Shown here piece after piece: positions 1 to 11,683 of a stretch of 64,000 bases of DNA. The notes under the pieces are model-generated. The model was not told the DNA's origin. It was given only the letters and a program-made list of their open reading frames with translations, and did not search any database. The position numbers were made by a program, and so were the translations under genes. Within the stretch, counting starts at the first letter, position 1. Each line of letters starts with the position of its first letter. Origin of the DNA: Octopus sinensis (taxonomy: Eukaryota); contig NC_042999.1 of NCBI RefSeq assembly GCF_006345805.1, positions 53,568,001-53,632,000 of the forward strand. Reading direction: 5' to 3'.

Positions 1-963
1 TAGAAAGCTCCTACCCCTACTGGCGACAAAGGGTTTCTCACTCACAGTGAAAGGTAGATTGTATGATGCATGTGTGCGAACTGCCATGCTTCACGGTAGT
101 GAAACATGGGCCGTGACTGCAGAGGACATGCGTAGACTTGAAAGAAATGAAGCTAGCATGATCCGCTGGATGTGTAATGTCAGTGTGCGCGCACGACAGA
201 GGGTAAGCACCCTGAGAGAAATGCTAGACATAAGAAGCATCAGATGTGGTGTGCAAGAGCGACGCTTGCGATGGTATAGTCATGTACTGCGGATGGATGA
301 GGAGGGATGTGTGAAGAAGTGCCGCTCCCAAACAGTTGAAGGTATCAGGAGGTGAGGTAGACCCAGGAAGACATGGGATGATGTAGTCAAGCATGACCTC
401 AGAACGTTGGGCCTCACTGAAACAATGGCGAAGGGCCGAGATCTCTGGAGATATGCTGTGACTGCAAAGAACCGGGCTGCTTCCTGCACCAGCTCCGCAT
501 AGCCTCTGCCCATTCAAAGTACTTTGGATTCCAGAACATCCCGCTGTGCTTGAGGAGGCCTGTTGAGTCAAGTACATGAACATCGAAATAAATATCAATG
601 GAAATAGTAGTTGTGGCCGATGCCAGCGCCGCCTCGACTGGCTTCTGTGCCGGTGGCACATAAAAAGCACCATCCGAACGTGGCCGATGCCAGCGCCGCC
701 ATGGCTGGCTTCCGTGCCGGTGGCACGTTAAAAGCACCAACCGATCGTGGCCGATGGCAGACTCCACTGGCACATGTGCCAAAGGCACGTAAAAAGCACC
801 CACTACACTCGCAAAGTGGTTGGCGTTAGGAAGGATATCCAGCTGTAGAAACACTGCCAGATCAGACCGGAGCCTGGTGCAGCCCCTGGCTTCCCAGACA
901 CCGGTCGAACCGTCCAACCCGTGCTAGCGCGGAAAACGGACGTTAAACGATGATGATGATGAT
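1..963 (+). mobile_element. 3' end of an RTE-clade LINE: ORF2 C-terminus, structured 3' UTR and (GAT)n tail
   Basis: ORF 47-355 reads LYDACVRTAMLHGSETW...RRLRWYSHVLRM, continuing past a stop into GRPRKTW...RDLWR up to a stop at 500-502. This is the typical RTE ORF2 C-terminus. The (GAT)n tail is at 949-963. Confidence 0.85.
613..800 (+). repeat. Three tandem 67-bp units in the RTE 3' UTR
   Basis: GTGGCCGATG starts at 613, 680 and 747. Each unit ends GTGCC-NNN-GGCAC...AAAAGCACC. Confidence 0.9.
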
Positions 964-1895
964 TGATTGGGGTGAGACGAAATTATTATCTTCAGGCTTG
1001 TAAACTAAGAGAAAGGTTTGTAATAGAACAGATGTAGCTGAAGCCAGCCAAGGTCCAAGCCTGGTGGTGTTAAATCAAGAGCAACTGATGAAGACTACGT
1101 CACAAGAAAAGTTTTATTCATCTTGACAGGGTTCCACACAGATTTTGTTTACTTCCACATGAAACGCTGGACATCTCAAGATTATTTTAGAAAAACGCAC
1201 AACTTTGGCCAAAGTGCTGTACAATGGAGATTGATCTTAAAATAATTAGTTGGTTGTCAAACTTCTTCCTCATACAAATTTCTGACAGCAAAAAAAAACA
1301 TCGAACATTTTCAAACCGAATTAAATCTGAGATATCAATAAAGAGAAAGTAAAGGAGAAAGAGGAAGATAGAGAGAGTGAGATAGGAGGAACGAGAGGTG
1401 CAGTTACAGGGAAAGAGAGAGAGAGAGAGAGAAGCAAAAAGTCTTTAACATCGAATTGCTTTCTGTTTTTCTTTTCTCGTTGTATTTGTATTGGTGTAAA
1501 ATCCAGCGTTAGCGAGATGCTTTATTTGGGAAGTATAATGTTGCGTTAAGAAACCCATGCATTGGTTTTCACTACTGTTTTAGTGTCATCAGTTGACTAA
1601 GCAAATTCACTGCCCAATTTATCGTTTGAATTATCATCTGTTGATTCAATCGATGTTAGTTTTCCAGAGCTCTTAAGTCGCCATTTAAGATCTCAAAAAA
1701 CAAATGCCGTCGATACTCCTGGTCTGTCTCGTCTCCAATGACTGGATAATTTTCTGGAATTCTTCGACACCAAATCACAATATTTGCTGTTAGTTGATAT
1801 GTTCCGTGCATATCCTTTGAACAGTACATATGATATTAGAAATAGTATATTTCTAAATCTCTCAGAGAGATTTATGCAGTAGCAGAACAACAAAG

Positions 1896-2138
1896 TGATG
1901 GTATGTTGCCAACTTAATGTGATAGTCCCATAAAAGGGAAGAATGCTATTGTTATTTAGCCCAAGGAAACAGAGTTTCCTAGGGATAAATAACAGTTGCC
2001 AACTTAATGTGGTAGTTCCATAAAAGGGAAGAATGCTATTGTTATTTAGCCCAAGGAAACACAGTTTCCTAGGGATAAATAACAGTAGCATTCTTCCCTT
2101 TTATGGGACTGTCACATTAAGTTGACAACATGCTATCA
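1896..2138. repeat. Fold-back (MITE-like) element with a 90-bp internal tandem duplication
   Basis: A 90-bp unit occurs at 1905 and 1995. The right arm (about 2064-2138) is the reverse complement of the unit start and its left flank. Confidence 0.8.
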
Positions 2139-2796
2139 GTACGTATTGGTGTATCGAACGTGCTTGACGACTCTACTGCCATGGGATTAGTTAATTCGCT
2201 TCACAACTTCATGGTTTCAAAGTTCGAACTTACTTGAAAAAGTTTCTGTTTCCGTAGCCAAGAGTAGACCAAATCCTTGCGAAACAAGGCAAAAAGAATC
2301 TGTATATAATTTGAAGGGGGAAACGTCTACAGTTTTTTATGACTGACTCAATAATTTACTCGGTTTATCTTCAGCCCTTAGCCTAGAGAAAGAGGATGCC
2401 CAATGGGTGTCTACAAGGTTGAAAGCATTCTGAGCAGGTCTTACCATTATTTAACTCTGTCAGAAGATCTGTAAAAGGCCATGGCTACTACCCTTACAAC
2501 ACTGATATAGCTGTTAACAAAAACATAATAAAGCAAAAACAAATGAAACACATCTTTAAAATGCGTCCGTCTTGAACTTATCTGAATCAGAATGCTTTTC
2601 AGTCACTTTTGTATACCTGGCTTTGACTGTGGAAGAATTTTTGAAAGAAACTATGAAGAATGATTAAATTTAGAGAGTAAAACAATGTAATTAAAGCAGC
2701 AAACTAGAAATAGCAACCAATCTCCTTGAATACGATCTGAGTGGATGGAAGAAACCATTTTATGTAGTTGGCCAATATATATCTGGTTTTGAAATA

Positions 2797-2937
2797 TAAG
2801 GTTGTCCCAAAAGTTCGTAGAAAGTCTTGGAAAATAATGGTCTTTATTTTGAGGAATAATTTTTGTTGTTTTTGTTAGTACTTGGCGAGTAAAAATTCAA
2901 TTTTCGCAAGTGTTTACGAACTTTTGGGACAACCAAA
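2797..2937. mobile_element. 141-bp Tc1/mariner-type MITE
   Basis: TIRs GGTTGTCCCAAAAGTTCGTA and TACGAACTTTTGGGACAACC, with TA dinucleotides at 2795-2796 and 2938-2939. Confidence 0.8.
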
Positions 2938-4164
2938 TACCAGATGGTCAGGGTTTCAACGTCTTTTCTCATGTTGCTGCTCATTAACCACTGATCTGTA
3001 TGTAAGCAAAACAACAACTAGGATTAGGTGAAGAGGGTAAGAAAGGCCAATCCTATTTTTGAAACAAGAAGCTAAGCTGCACTATTTCCAGTTTTTATCT
3101 CTGTATAGTGGTTCAGACATTATCCAATCATTTTCATCTCTAACTCTGTACTTAAACAGGCGTAAAACTTTCGTTTTATAAATATATTTGCCAGTAAATC
3201 GGAATCAGAAAGACAATACGCTGGAATCTCTTTGCCGGGATCTCCTAGCATAGGAGTACCCCGTTGAAATTTCAGAGAAACCAGATTATAAATCCACAGT
3301 TAGTAACAAATTGGTTTGTCCAATTTGCACACATAACACAATTTTTAGCGGTTCGTTATACATAATAATTAATGAAATAACAATATTCTCTATTATTCTC
3401 TATCATCAAATATACCTATGAAGATTTAACCATCGATCTACGAAACCATGTAAATGTCTGTCTTTTTATCTGTAAAGATGAAACTACAGAAGAAAGCTTA
3501 CTAAATAGCAAACAACTAGAATCAGATTCATACTTATAGTGAATTCTTATAAAGGAAAATCAGTGGATCTAAAAAATGTGTTGGAGCCAAACAAGGACAG
3601 CTATAGTGATTATTATAGTAAGTGCAATAGAAAAAGACAGTCCCTTTCTATGTAAATCTTACGTTCCTTTAGCACTGAAAACTTGAAACAACTGTAGGGC
3701 TGCTGTCTTGGTATAGAGGCACAAAGATATCTGTGGCATATAAACTTTGTTCAGTGTCACCCCCACTTCAGGCTGACCATGCGGAATATCTTCCAGAAAG
3801 AAACAGAATGGTAGAGAATAAGGGAAAAGAGAGACAAACGAAAAGAGAAAAGATAAACTCAATATTTGATTTGTGGCTGGGCTGTCACAATTGAAAATTT
3901 TCGATGAGAGTTACCCGCAGTTGAAAATTTTTTCAATGGTTTTAGCCCGTGATCTTTTATAAAATCTTCCCACTGCTGCCTACATTCTATTTGTCACCTG
4001 TATGTCTGTATGTCTGTCTGTATGTATGTATGTATGAATGGATATGTATACGTATGCCTGTAAATATATATATATATATATAAATAATAAATATTAGGGA
4101 ATAAATCCAAATTTACAGGGAAAAAATCAGATTTAGGATTAAATCCAATTTTATAGTAAAATAT

Positions 4165-4332
4165 TATAAAATATTATTAGAGACAAAACCACTATTTTGC
4201 AAAACAAACAAGGAAAGACTTAATCAATACATAAAATTTTAATGAATAGTCAATTGACTATTTATTAAAATTTTATGTATTGATTAAGTCTTTCCTTGTT
4301 TGTTTTGCAAAATAGTGGTTTTGTCTCTAATA

Positions 4333-4342
<10 letters not shown>
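4165..4342. repeat. 178-bp near-perfect spacerless palindrome
   Basis: 89-bp arms centred between 4253 and 4254 (AGTCAA|TTGACT), one mismatch at 4244. (TA)n lies about 80 bp to the left and directly to the right. Confidence 0.9.
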
Positions 4343-4374
<32 letters not shown>

Positions 4375-4507
4375 CATATATATATAGAGAGAGGGACAGA
4401 AGGCAAAAAAAGAGAGATATACATACATATAGCATGTAGGTAGAACGATGTAAAACGAAGTACGACGAAAGGATAACCCTGATGACAAAGAAATAAGAAC
4501 CTACAGT

Positions 4508-5460
4508 ATGGTAGAAGCCATGACCACTCATTATCAAAAGGAATACTGGTGGAATATATCAGAGAAGACCTCAATAAAATATAAGCAGAAGATACCTGTA
4601 ATTATTGGGTCACTGGGATATGCAACACGCTGCCTAAATACAAATCTTGAGGAATTAAGCTTCTCAAAATCAGAAAAAAGAAATCCAGTTCGTAGACTAC
4701 GGATCCAAGCCTTCATTGCAACTGTAAATTTCTGTACATCTTTCCACCAGTTTAACGTTTAAATGTATATAAACATGTCTAGATATGCAAGTCTATGCAT
4801 GAGAATACATACCTAAAACAAAACATACAATTCCGTTCACATACATACAAGCATTCATACATCTGCAGTTACTGTAGCCAGATCACAAGTTCAGGTTTAT
4901 ACCTGTAATTATTGGGGCCCTGAGATATGTAATACACTGTCTAAATTCCAAGCTTCAGAAATTAGTCTTCCCAAAACTAGAAAAGAGAAAGCTAATTGAA
5001 AGACTACAGATGCAATCCATCACCGGAACAGCAAAAGTCTGTAAAACTTTCCAGAAGTTTACCATTTAAATATATATGAGCATGTCTTGATATGTAACTA
5101 TATGCATGATAATACATGCATACATACATACATACATGCATGCATACATACATACATGCATGCATGCATACATACATACACATACATACATACATACATA
5201 CATAGAAACATACATATATACATACATACATACACATACATACATACATACATACATACATACGTGCGTACGTACGTACATACATACATACATACATGCA
5301 TACATATATACATACATACATACATTTCATACCCTGTGGTTGATGTTGAAATTCCAATGAAGGAGCCTTGAATCTAGGTTAGAAACCGGCTCTTTCTCTA
5401 TTGGTAAGATATCTTGAAGTAAAACTGAATAATGACTTGCATACATACATGCAAATAGAT
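4508..5460 (+). mobile_element. Two tandem 3'-terminal fragments of an RLE-type LINE followed by (CATA)n
   Basis: IPVIIGSLGY...FCTSFHQFNV* (ends 4762) and IPVIIGALRY...VCKTFQKFTI* (about 4900-5068). Both resemble the IPVVIGALG C-terminus of the RLE LINEs elsewhere in this window and share a similar 3' UTR start. Confidence 0.6.
5115..5330. repeat. (CATA)n microsatellite
   Basis: Direct reading; CATG and CGTA variant units are present. Confidence 0.95.
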
Positions 5461-5465
5461 AAATA

Positions 5466-5677
<212 letters not shown>

Positions 5678-6089
5678 TGTTTCTTTATTAGCCACACAGG
5701 GCTGCACACAGATAGAACAAATTACAAGGTAGAGCTTTTCTTTTGAAGGTTTAAAAAAAAAAAATTTTTTTTAAAAATAAAAAAAAAATAAATAAAATAA
5801 AAATAAAATAAAAAAGGGGGGGTCGATCAAAAGGGATCGTAAAAGGAGAGAAAGAGGACAAAAAAAAGGGGGGGTTAAAAAAAAGGGGGAGAGGAAAAAA
5901 ATTGATCAATAGGGATCGTTATCACAGAAATGTCAATATGAAGTGTAAAGGGGAGGACAGGTGAGGTTTACCCGTGGAAAGAAAAGCCTACGGAAAAGAC
6001 CACGGTAACCTCGGTCAATGAAGTCACATGTTATATTTCTTTTTTTTTTTTTTTGCAAATAAGCAACTCTCTGTATTAATTTTTACGGT

Positions 6090-6740
6090 TCATAGAATCA
6101 TAGTCAAGGTGGCTTCGTCATTCATACGTGCCATCCTTGCTACATTCACCCATCTTTTTTTAAAACATTCACTAGACAAAACTTGCCTCTCTACTCTCAC
6201 TTTTTTCTTCAAGTGATACTTGATGAGAGATTGACCAGAGAGGAAAGTGTTTGTCTCTAATCCTTTCAGACGCGTCCACCAGATACATTCTTTCGCCATA
6301 GCCCCAAGTATGATAAAAATAGCTCTTCCTTCCCGTTTGAAGGAAGGAGGCGTGACGATATTAACGATAGACTCGGCTGATAAACCGACACGTCCCACAC
6401 GTGATAGCAGTCGTTCGACATAAGCCCACAGGTGGGAAATTGCTGGACACTGCACGATTGCGTGCAGAGCGGTTTCGTCGCTCTGCCCGCATCTCGGGCA
6501 GGTCGGCCCCGTGTTTCTCGAGCCATGCCTATAGAGCTTATCCCGAACGGGTAGCGCTTCTCGGTAGCACCGCCAGGCCAGGGATCTCTGGAAGTTGTCC
6601 ATAGGTCCCGGGCCGAAAGTTGTTTGAAACAGGCGGGTCAGGTATTCCTCGTCGACGCCCAGGTTTGCCCCGAGCTCGTCGTCGTACCTCCCCTCCATTA
6701 ATCCCCTATAGAATGCTTTGGTTGTGTTGAAGTCACTCAA
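6090..6740 (-). CDS. Tx1 ORF2 C-terminal segment with Zn-binding motif
   Basis: CPRCGQSDETALHAIVQC (CX2CX7HX4C) is typical of L1/Tx1 ORF2 C-termini. Confidence 0.8.
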   Translation of the reverse strand: MSDFNTTKAFYRGLMEGRYDDELGANLGVDEEYLTRLFQTTFGPGPMDNFQRSLAWRCYREALPVRDKLYRHGSRNTGPTCPRCGQSDETALHAIVQCPAISHLWAYVERLLSRVGRVGLSAESIVNIVTPPSFKREGRAIFIILGAMAKECIWWTRLKGLETNTFLSGQSLIKYHLKKKVRVERQVLSSECFKKRWVNVARMARMNDEATLTMIL

Positions 6741-7267
6741 GGTCGACCCGGGACGGCAGAGCAGAGTGCTTGAGAGCAGCGCGACACTCGCGGTGCCATT
6801 CGCCCTTCTTCGGCCTCTTTTTGATCCACGACTGTAGTTCGGTCATGGAGACGAGTTGCGGGAATGCGTGCCTCACAAACGGCGACCACACCTGTTCACC
6901 GTCGTCTACATAGAGCCGGAGATGTCGCAGTCTCAGCGCGTGTCTGCGCATCATCAACCACGGCATGCCCAGCCCTCCTTTTAACGGGTGTTGACAGCAA
7001 ATGGATCACCTGACCATCGGGACGCATCCTTCACAAGAAGAAGCGGAAGAGGATGCGTTCTAGTTTGGTGATGGTAGGGTCGGGACAAGGTACGACGGTC
7101 AGGCGGTAGTAGATGATGGACGCGATGTACGCGTTCACACCTCCGCCCGACCTTTTAGGGACAGTTTCCTCTCGGCCCATTGCTGGGCGAGAGTGACCAC
7201 CCTACTCGTTATCTCGTTCCAGTTCTTCTCCATTTGGAGGTCCGGACCGAACCAGACCCCGAGCAAC

Positions 7268-8542
7268 TCAACCGGGCCGTCTGTCCAGCGTCCCACGACG
7301 GAGGTACTGGTGGACGGCATGGGCTTGCTTCTCCAGGTGCCGAGACGCAAGACCACTGACTTTTCCCGGTTGATTTTTGCCTGTCACCGCTTCGTAGTCT
7401 TTCAGTGTCTCGCCGACCCGCTCGATGTGCTCGTGGCTTGACACTATGACGGTGACGTCGTCCGCGTATGCAGACACGCTCGTCCCGCATCCTAATTCTC
7501 GCGGGATGCCCCTCAGAGTCGCCAGCTTCCGCAGTAGTGGCTCAAGAGTCAATACGTATAGAAGCGACGAGAAGGGGCATCCCTGACGGACCGAACGTGC
7601 AATGTCGAAGGGTCTCGATAGATGTCCATTTACGCGAATTACCGAACGGATGCCTCTGTACAAGGCAGCTATCCAGCCGCGGAAGACGGGCCCGAAACCA
7701 GCCGCTCTCAGGACTGCCTCCAAGTATCGATGGTCTACCCTATCAAAGGCTTTCGATTGATCCAAGTTGATCAGGACCCCACCCATGCCAGGTTCGTTAA
7801 CTACCCTGTCTATGATGTAGCGCATCATATGGAGGTTGTCATGGATGCTCCGGCCCGGCACGGCGCACGTTTGTGCGTTGTCGACCAGTTTCTCCATGAC
7901 AAGCGCCAACCTCTTGGCTAACACCTTTGTCAAAATTTTCAGGTCTGCATTGAGCAGAGTGATTGGCCTAAAGTTATCTATAATGTTTCCCTTGTTTGGA
8001 TCTTTCTTCAGCAGAGTTACAGCTCCTCGACTCACAAAACCGGGTATGCTCCCGTTTTGCTGCCAGTTGCAGTATACCGCTGCCAAGACGTCTCCAAACA
8101 AGTCTGGCATACAATAGTAAAATTCGTAGGGTAGACCATCCAAACCCGGTGATTTGTCCCTCGAGCATTCTGCCATCGCTTCCCGCACTTCCGCCGCCGT
8201 GATGGCACCTTCGCAGCACCCTGCCTTTCTTGTCGAGAGTCGTGGCAGGCTATGTAGGTAGGCACTGAAGTCTACCCTACGTTCTTGCCCTCCACTCCTC
8301 CCGAACAGTCGGGCAAAATGCTGCTGAAAGGCCTCACACATTTTACTTGGCTCGAGCAATTCGCGCCCCTGTTCATCTACCAGTGACCGAATGGTGGCTT
8401 TGTTGCCCTGTTGCGCCTCTGCCACCCGGGCCTCTCTCGCGGCTCCAACACCTTCGTTCCTTAGAGCACGCATCCTAGCTCTGACAGCACATCCTTCGTG
8501 TTTGGCGTTGAAGTGTTGGTCGAGAGCCAACCTCGCCGCCAA
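7268..8542 (-). CDS. Tx1 ORF2, reverse transcriptase segment
   Basis: KSPGLDGLP, NFRPITLLNADLKILTK, LDQSKAFDRV, SVRQGCPFS and the catalytic YADD. Confidence 0.92.
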   Translation of the reverse strand: MAARLALDQHFNAKHEGCAVRARMRALRNEGVGAAREARVAEAQQGNKATIRSLVDEQGRELLEPSKMCEAFQQHFARLFGRSGGQERRVDFSAYLHSLPRLSTRKAGCCEGAITAAEVREAMAECSRDKSPGLDGLPYEFYYCMPDLFGDVLAAVYCNWQQNGSIPGFVSRGAVTLLKKDPNKGNIIDNFRPITLLNADLKILTKVLAKRLALVMEKLVDNAQTCAVPGRSIHDNLHMMRYIIDRVVNEPGMGGVLINLDQSKAFDRVDHRYLEAVLRAAGFGPVFRGWIAALYRGIRSVIRVNGHLSRPFDIARSVRQGCPFSSLLYVLTLEPLLRKLATLRGIPRELGCGTSVSAYADDVTVIVSSHEHIERVGETLKDYEAVTGKNQPGKVSGLASRHLEKQAHAVHQYLRRGTLDRRPG

Positions 8543-8655
8543 AACGTCGGATGCGATGCCGCTTCTAATTGCCTCTTCTAGCTTCTTAACTAGCTCGCCC
8601 TCTACTCTATTTCTATCTATGGCTAGTGCTTTGCTGTACCTAATCGCTTCTGCTT

Positions 8656-9519
8656 TTACTGCTCTCTTGAGGGCAAACCACCATTTGTGTTGATGATGGC
8701 TCCCGTCAAAGCCCTCTTTACTAGTGTGCTAATCCGGTCTCTGAAAACTTGTCTGGACGGGAATGATGCGTTCAGTTTCCAGTACCCAGGACCCTGTCTA
8801 TGTGCCTTATCTAAGTCTAGCGTACACGTCACCAATTTGTGATCCGTGTAGCTGACTGTGTGGAATTGTGGACATCCTAAGTTATCCTTATCTACTGTCC
8901 TACACAGTATCCTATCTAGATACGATCTCGACGACCCACTGCGGTTGCTCCATGTCCACGTTGGTGCATTTGGGTGGTCGAGTCGGTACCTGTCAGACAG
9001 TTGGAATCGTCTGAGCAGGTCTCTGAGGCATTTGCATCCCCTTCTGTTTCTGTCTCTACCCACGTAGTCTACATGCGTGTCCAAGGTAGCATTCCAATCC
9101 CCCACTAAGTGTAAAGGACGAGACGTTCCCAAGAATCCTTCTAGACGTCGAAAGAAATCCGCCCGACCTGTTAAGGGCGGTGCGTAGACTGATACGAGTC
9201 GGAAAGCGCACCCATTGCTGCCGTCAACATCCAGAACGATCAGTCTACCCTCCGAGTCTACGAATATCGTCTTGACTTCGAGATCCAGGCTCTTGTGAAA
9301 AAGTACCGCGGTGCCACTACCGCCCATCCTCGGCAGACAGGGAGCGAAATAAATGTGAAACTGTCCGCCAAACATGGACTTTAGGGCCCGTGGCTCGTGG
9401 AGTCTGGTCTCACTTATGGCTATGATTCCCAAATCATGTGACTTGATGTCATTTAGGAGGTATCCTTGTTTCCAAGGAGACCCCAAGCCACGCGCATTCA
9501 CACAACCAATCTTGACCAT
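8656..9519 (-). CDS. Tx1 ORF2, APE-type endonuclease segment
   Basis: MVKIGCVNARGL, ISETRL, SVYAPP, VGDWN, SYLDRIL and SYTDHKLV are the catalytic motifs of L1/Tx1 endonucleases. Confidence 0.9.
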   Translation of the reverse strand: MVKIGCVNARGLGSPWKQGYLLNDIKSHDLGIIAISETRLHEPRALKSMFGGQFHIYFAPCLPRMGGSGTAVLFHKSLDLEVKTIFVDSEGRLIVLDVDGSNGCAFRLVSVYAPPLTGRADFFRRLEGFLGTSRPLHLVGDWNATLDTHVDYVGRDRNRRGCKCLRDLLRRFQLSDRYRLDHPNAPTWTWSNRSGSSRSYLDRILCRTVDKDNLGCPQFHTVSYTDHKLVTCTLDLDKAHRQGPGYWKLNASFPSRQVFRDRISTLVKRALTGAIINTNGGLPSREQ

Positions 9520-9569
9520 GATTCTATTGGGGTGTGTGCTTTAAAACACACAAATGAAAGTACAGAGAG

Positions 9570-11683
9570 TTACTTACTTGTGTCGAAAGTTTGGCTTCCT
9601 CGTTCTTTGATGTGTCTTCGAGGAGGTTCTATATAGTTTTTTGGACAGATATTTCTGGAAACCCCCTACAGCATTTGGGAAGAGGGCTTTGAGTTTGTGG
9701 TGTTGTGTTTGTGTGATGTGTAGTATTTTGATGTGTTTGGGTGGTGTAGTGCGTGGATGATTGCTATTTTTAAGTCATCTTCACAAATGTTTGTGTATCC
9801 TGTGATGTACTCCATTAGTTTGGAGTCTTTTGTGTCTATCGCTGATAGCATTGTTTTTGTGGTGTTGGTGCTTGTTTTGTTGTGTATGGAGTTTTCAGGG
9901 TTCAGGTATCTCCCTGCTTTGGTTGCGATTTCTTGTTTGGTTTTTTCTTGATCTTTTTCTTTTACCCCCTGTGGCTATTTGCCATTCTGTCGAACTTTCA
10001 TCGTTAGATGAAAAGTCTGACGAATCAGCAGGGGGCAAGGGTAAAGCGTCTGGGTGTGTTTGTGCGGTTGTAGATATTGTTGTGGTGCGCGGGGAGGGTG
10101 TTGCTGGGAGGTTTGTTGTGGTTATTGTCTCTCCTACATCCTTGGTGCTTGTCTTCTTCGTTGTTATTCTTGGTGTTGGAATTGGTTTATTTGTTGTTGT
10201 GGTGATGATTCTGTTCTTGGCGCTGGTGTTGGTGTTGTTTGGTTGGGTTGGCTTGTTCTTTGTTGTTTTTCCTGCATTTCCGCATACAGCTTCTTGACTA
10301 GCTGTCCATATTGTGGTGTGGGCAATAATCCTGGCTTTTGTGATTTTTCCTGTGGCTGTTGTTGTTGTTGTAATTTTGCGGCAGATTTGCACTCCTTTTT
10401 GAGGTGTGCCTCACTGCCACATGTATAGCATCGTGGCCTTCTGCCCTCGACTACTACGTATAACTTGCGGCCATCCTCAAGATGTACGTGGGTGGGGATT
10501 TTATTTATGTCCTCTTGACTTATGTGGAAGAGGAACTCTATTCTCTTTCCCAGCCAGTCCTTGTTTTCCGAAACACCGATATCTAGGATGTTTATGTCCT
10601 CCATTTCGGATGTTAAGGCGGATGTAATCCACAGTGTTGTAGTCACTTGGGGGACACCACTGATAATGACTTTCGTCACCTTCTGGCCGAGGTAACTCGG
10701 TGTCAACGTTAGTTCATCAGAATGAAGGATTATCGTTGAGAATTTCTTCGCCAACTCTTCATTCTGAAAAACCACCTGTACGTGTGCGAACTTGTTCGCC
10801 CAAGTCACACAATCCTTGTATCCCCAGATGGGGCGTAAGCACTTGTCGACTTTGTCTGTGCTTGCCTTTTCTGGACTTTTTGTTTTTTTATTTGTGATTT
10901 TATACAATTGTCTTTTTTTTTCTCCTCATTCAGTATGTGCTGAGGTATGTGTAGAGTATTTTTCCGTTTTGATTTGTAATAAGGTTTCTGCAATCTTTAA
11001 TCTGTTGTGTAGTAAACGAAACTTTTGTTACCTTTTCTTTTATCGCCTCGGCGAAGTTTGTTGTTGTTTTGTTATTGTTGTTACTGCGCCGGTGGTGTTG
11101 GTGTTGATGGCAGGGGTGTGGGTTGTAGGTTTGTGGTTGCTGATTATGCAACTAGCAAGGGGTGGAAAAATTGCCTGCGTAATTTAGTCCTGCATTAGCG
11201 CAAATTTCGGCATTTCGTTTGCTTGTCGTCGTTATTTTTTCACTTGTTGGTGATGGAGTGAGCAGTGGTTGAAGGGAATTGTTGTTGTCGTCGTCGTCGT
11301 CGTTGTTGTTGTTGTGTTGTTGTTGTTGTTGTTATTGTCGTTCTTGGTGACGGCGGTGGTGTTAGTAGTATTAGTAGCATTGACGGCACGGTCTTTGGTG
11401 GCGGTGATGTTGGTATTGTTATTGGTAGCGACGTCCTTAGTAGGGATAGCAGTTTTAGTAGCAGATTCTGCCATGGTGTTGTTGTCGGTGTTGGTGGTGG
11501 TGTGGACTCACTGATGGTGTTGACGGTGCTTGGCCTTGCGACCTTTGTTTTGTATTTGTTGCTGTTGTCGATGTTGATGGTGGCGGAGTTGTCAGGTTCA
11601 GCGTAAGGTAACAGAGCATCCTGTTTTTCTGCCTCTGCGTCACGCTTGACTTGCACCTCAGCCTCGTGGTGACCAGTGGCCAT
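9570..11683 (-). pseudogene. Tx1 ORF1 (gag-like RNA-binding protein), split over several frames
   Basis: Segment 10164-10907 has an RRM-like region and CYTCGSEAHLKKEC (CX2CX4HX4C). It is flanked by T/N/Q/P-rich low-complexity segments. First ATG at 11683. Confidence 0.7.

Noticed and set aside
613-800. CRISPR-like look of the palindromic 67-bp repeats (also the 90-bp repeats at 1905-2084)
   Set aside because: The units are contiguous with no unique spacers, there are no cas genes, and the context is a eukaryotic LINE UTR or fold-back element.
4479-4494. CTGATGA...GAAA hammerhead core match
   Set aside because: Only CAAA lies between the core halves, so there is no stem II, and I found no stems I or III.
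9830-11606. Plus-strand Val/Leu/Cys-rich membrane-protein-like ORFs
   Set aside because: These are antisense shadows of the ACA/CAA-rich Tx1 ORF1.
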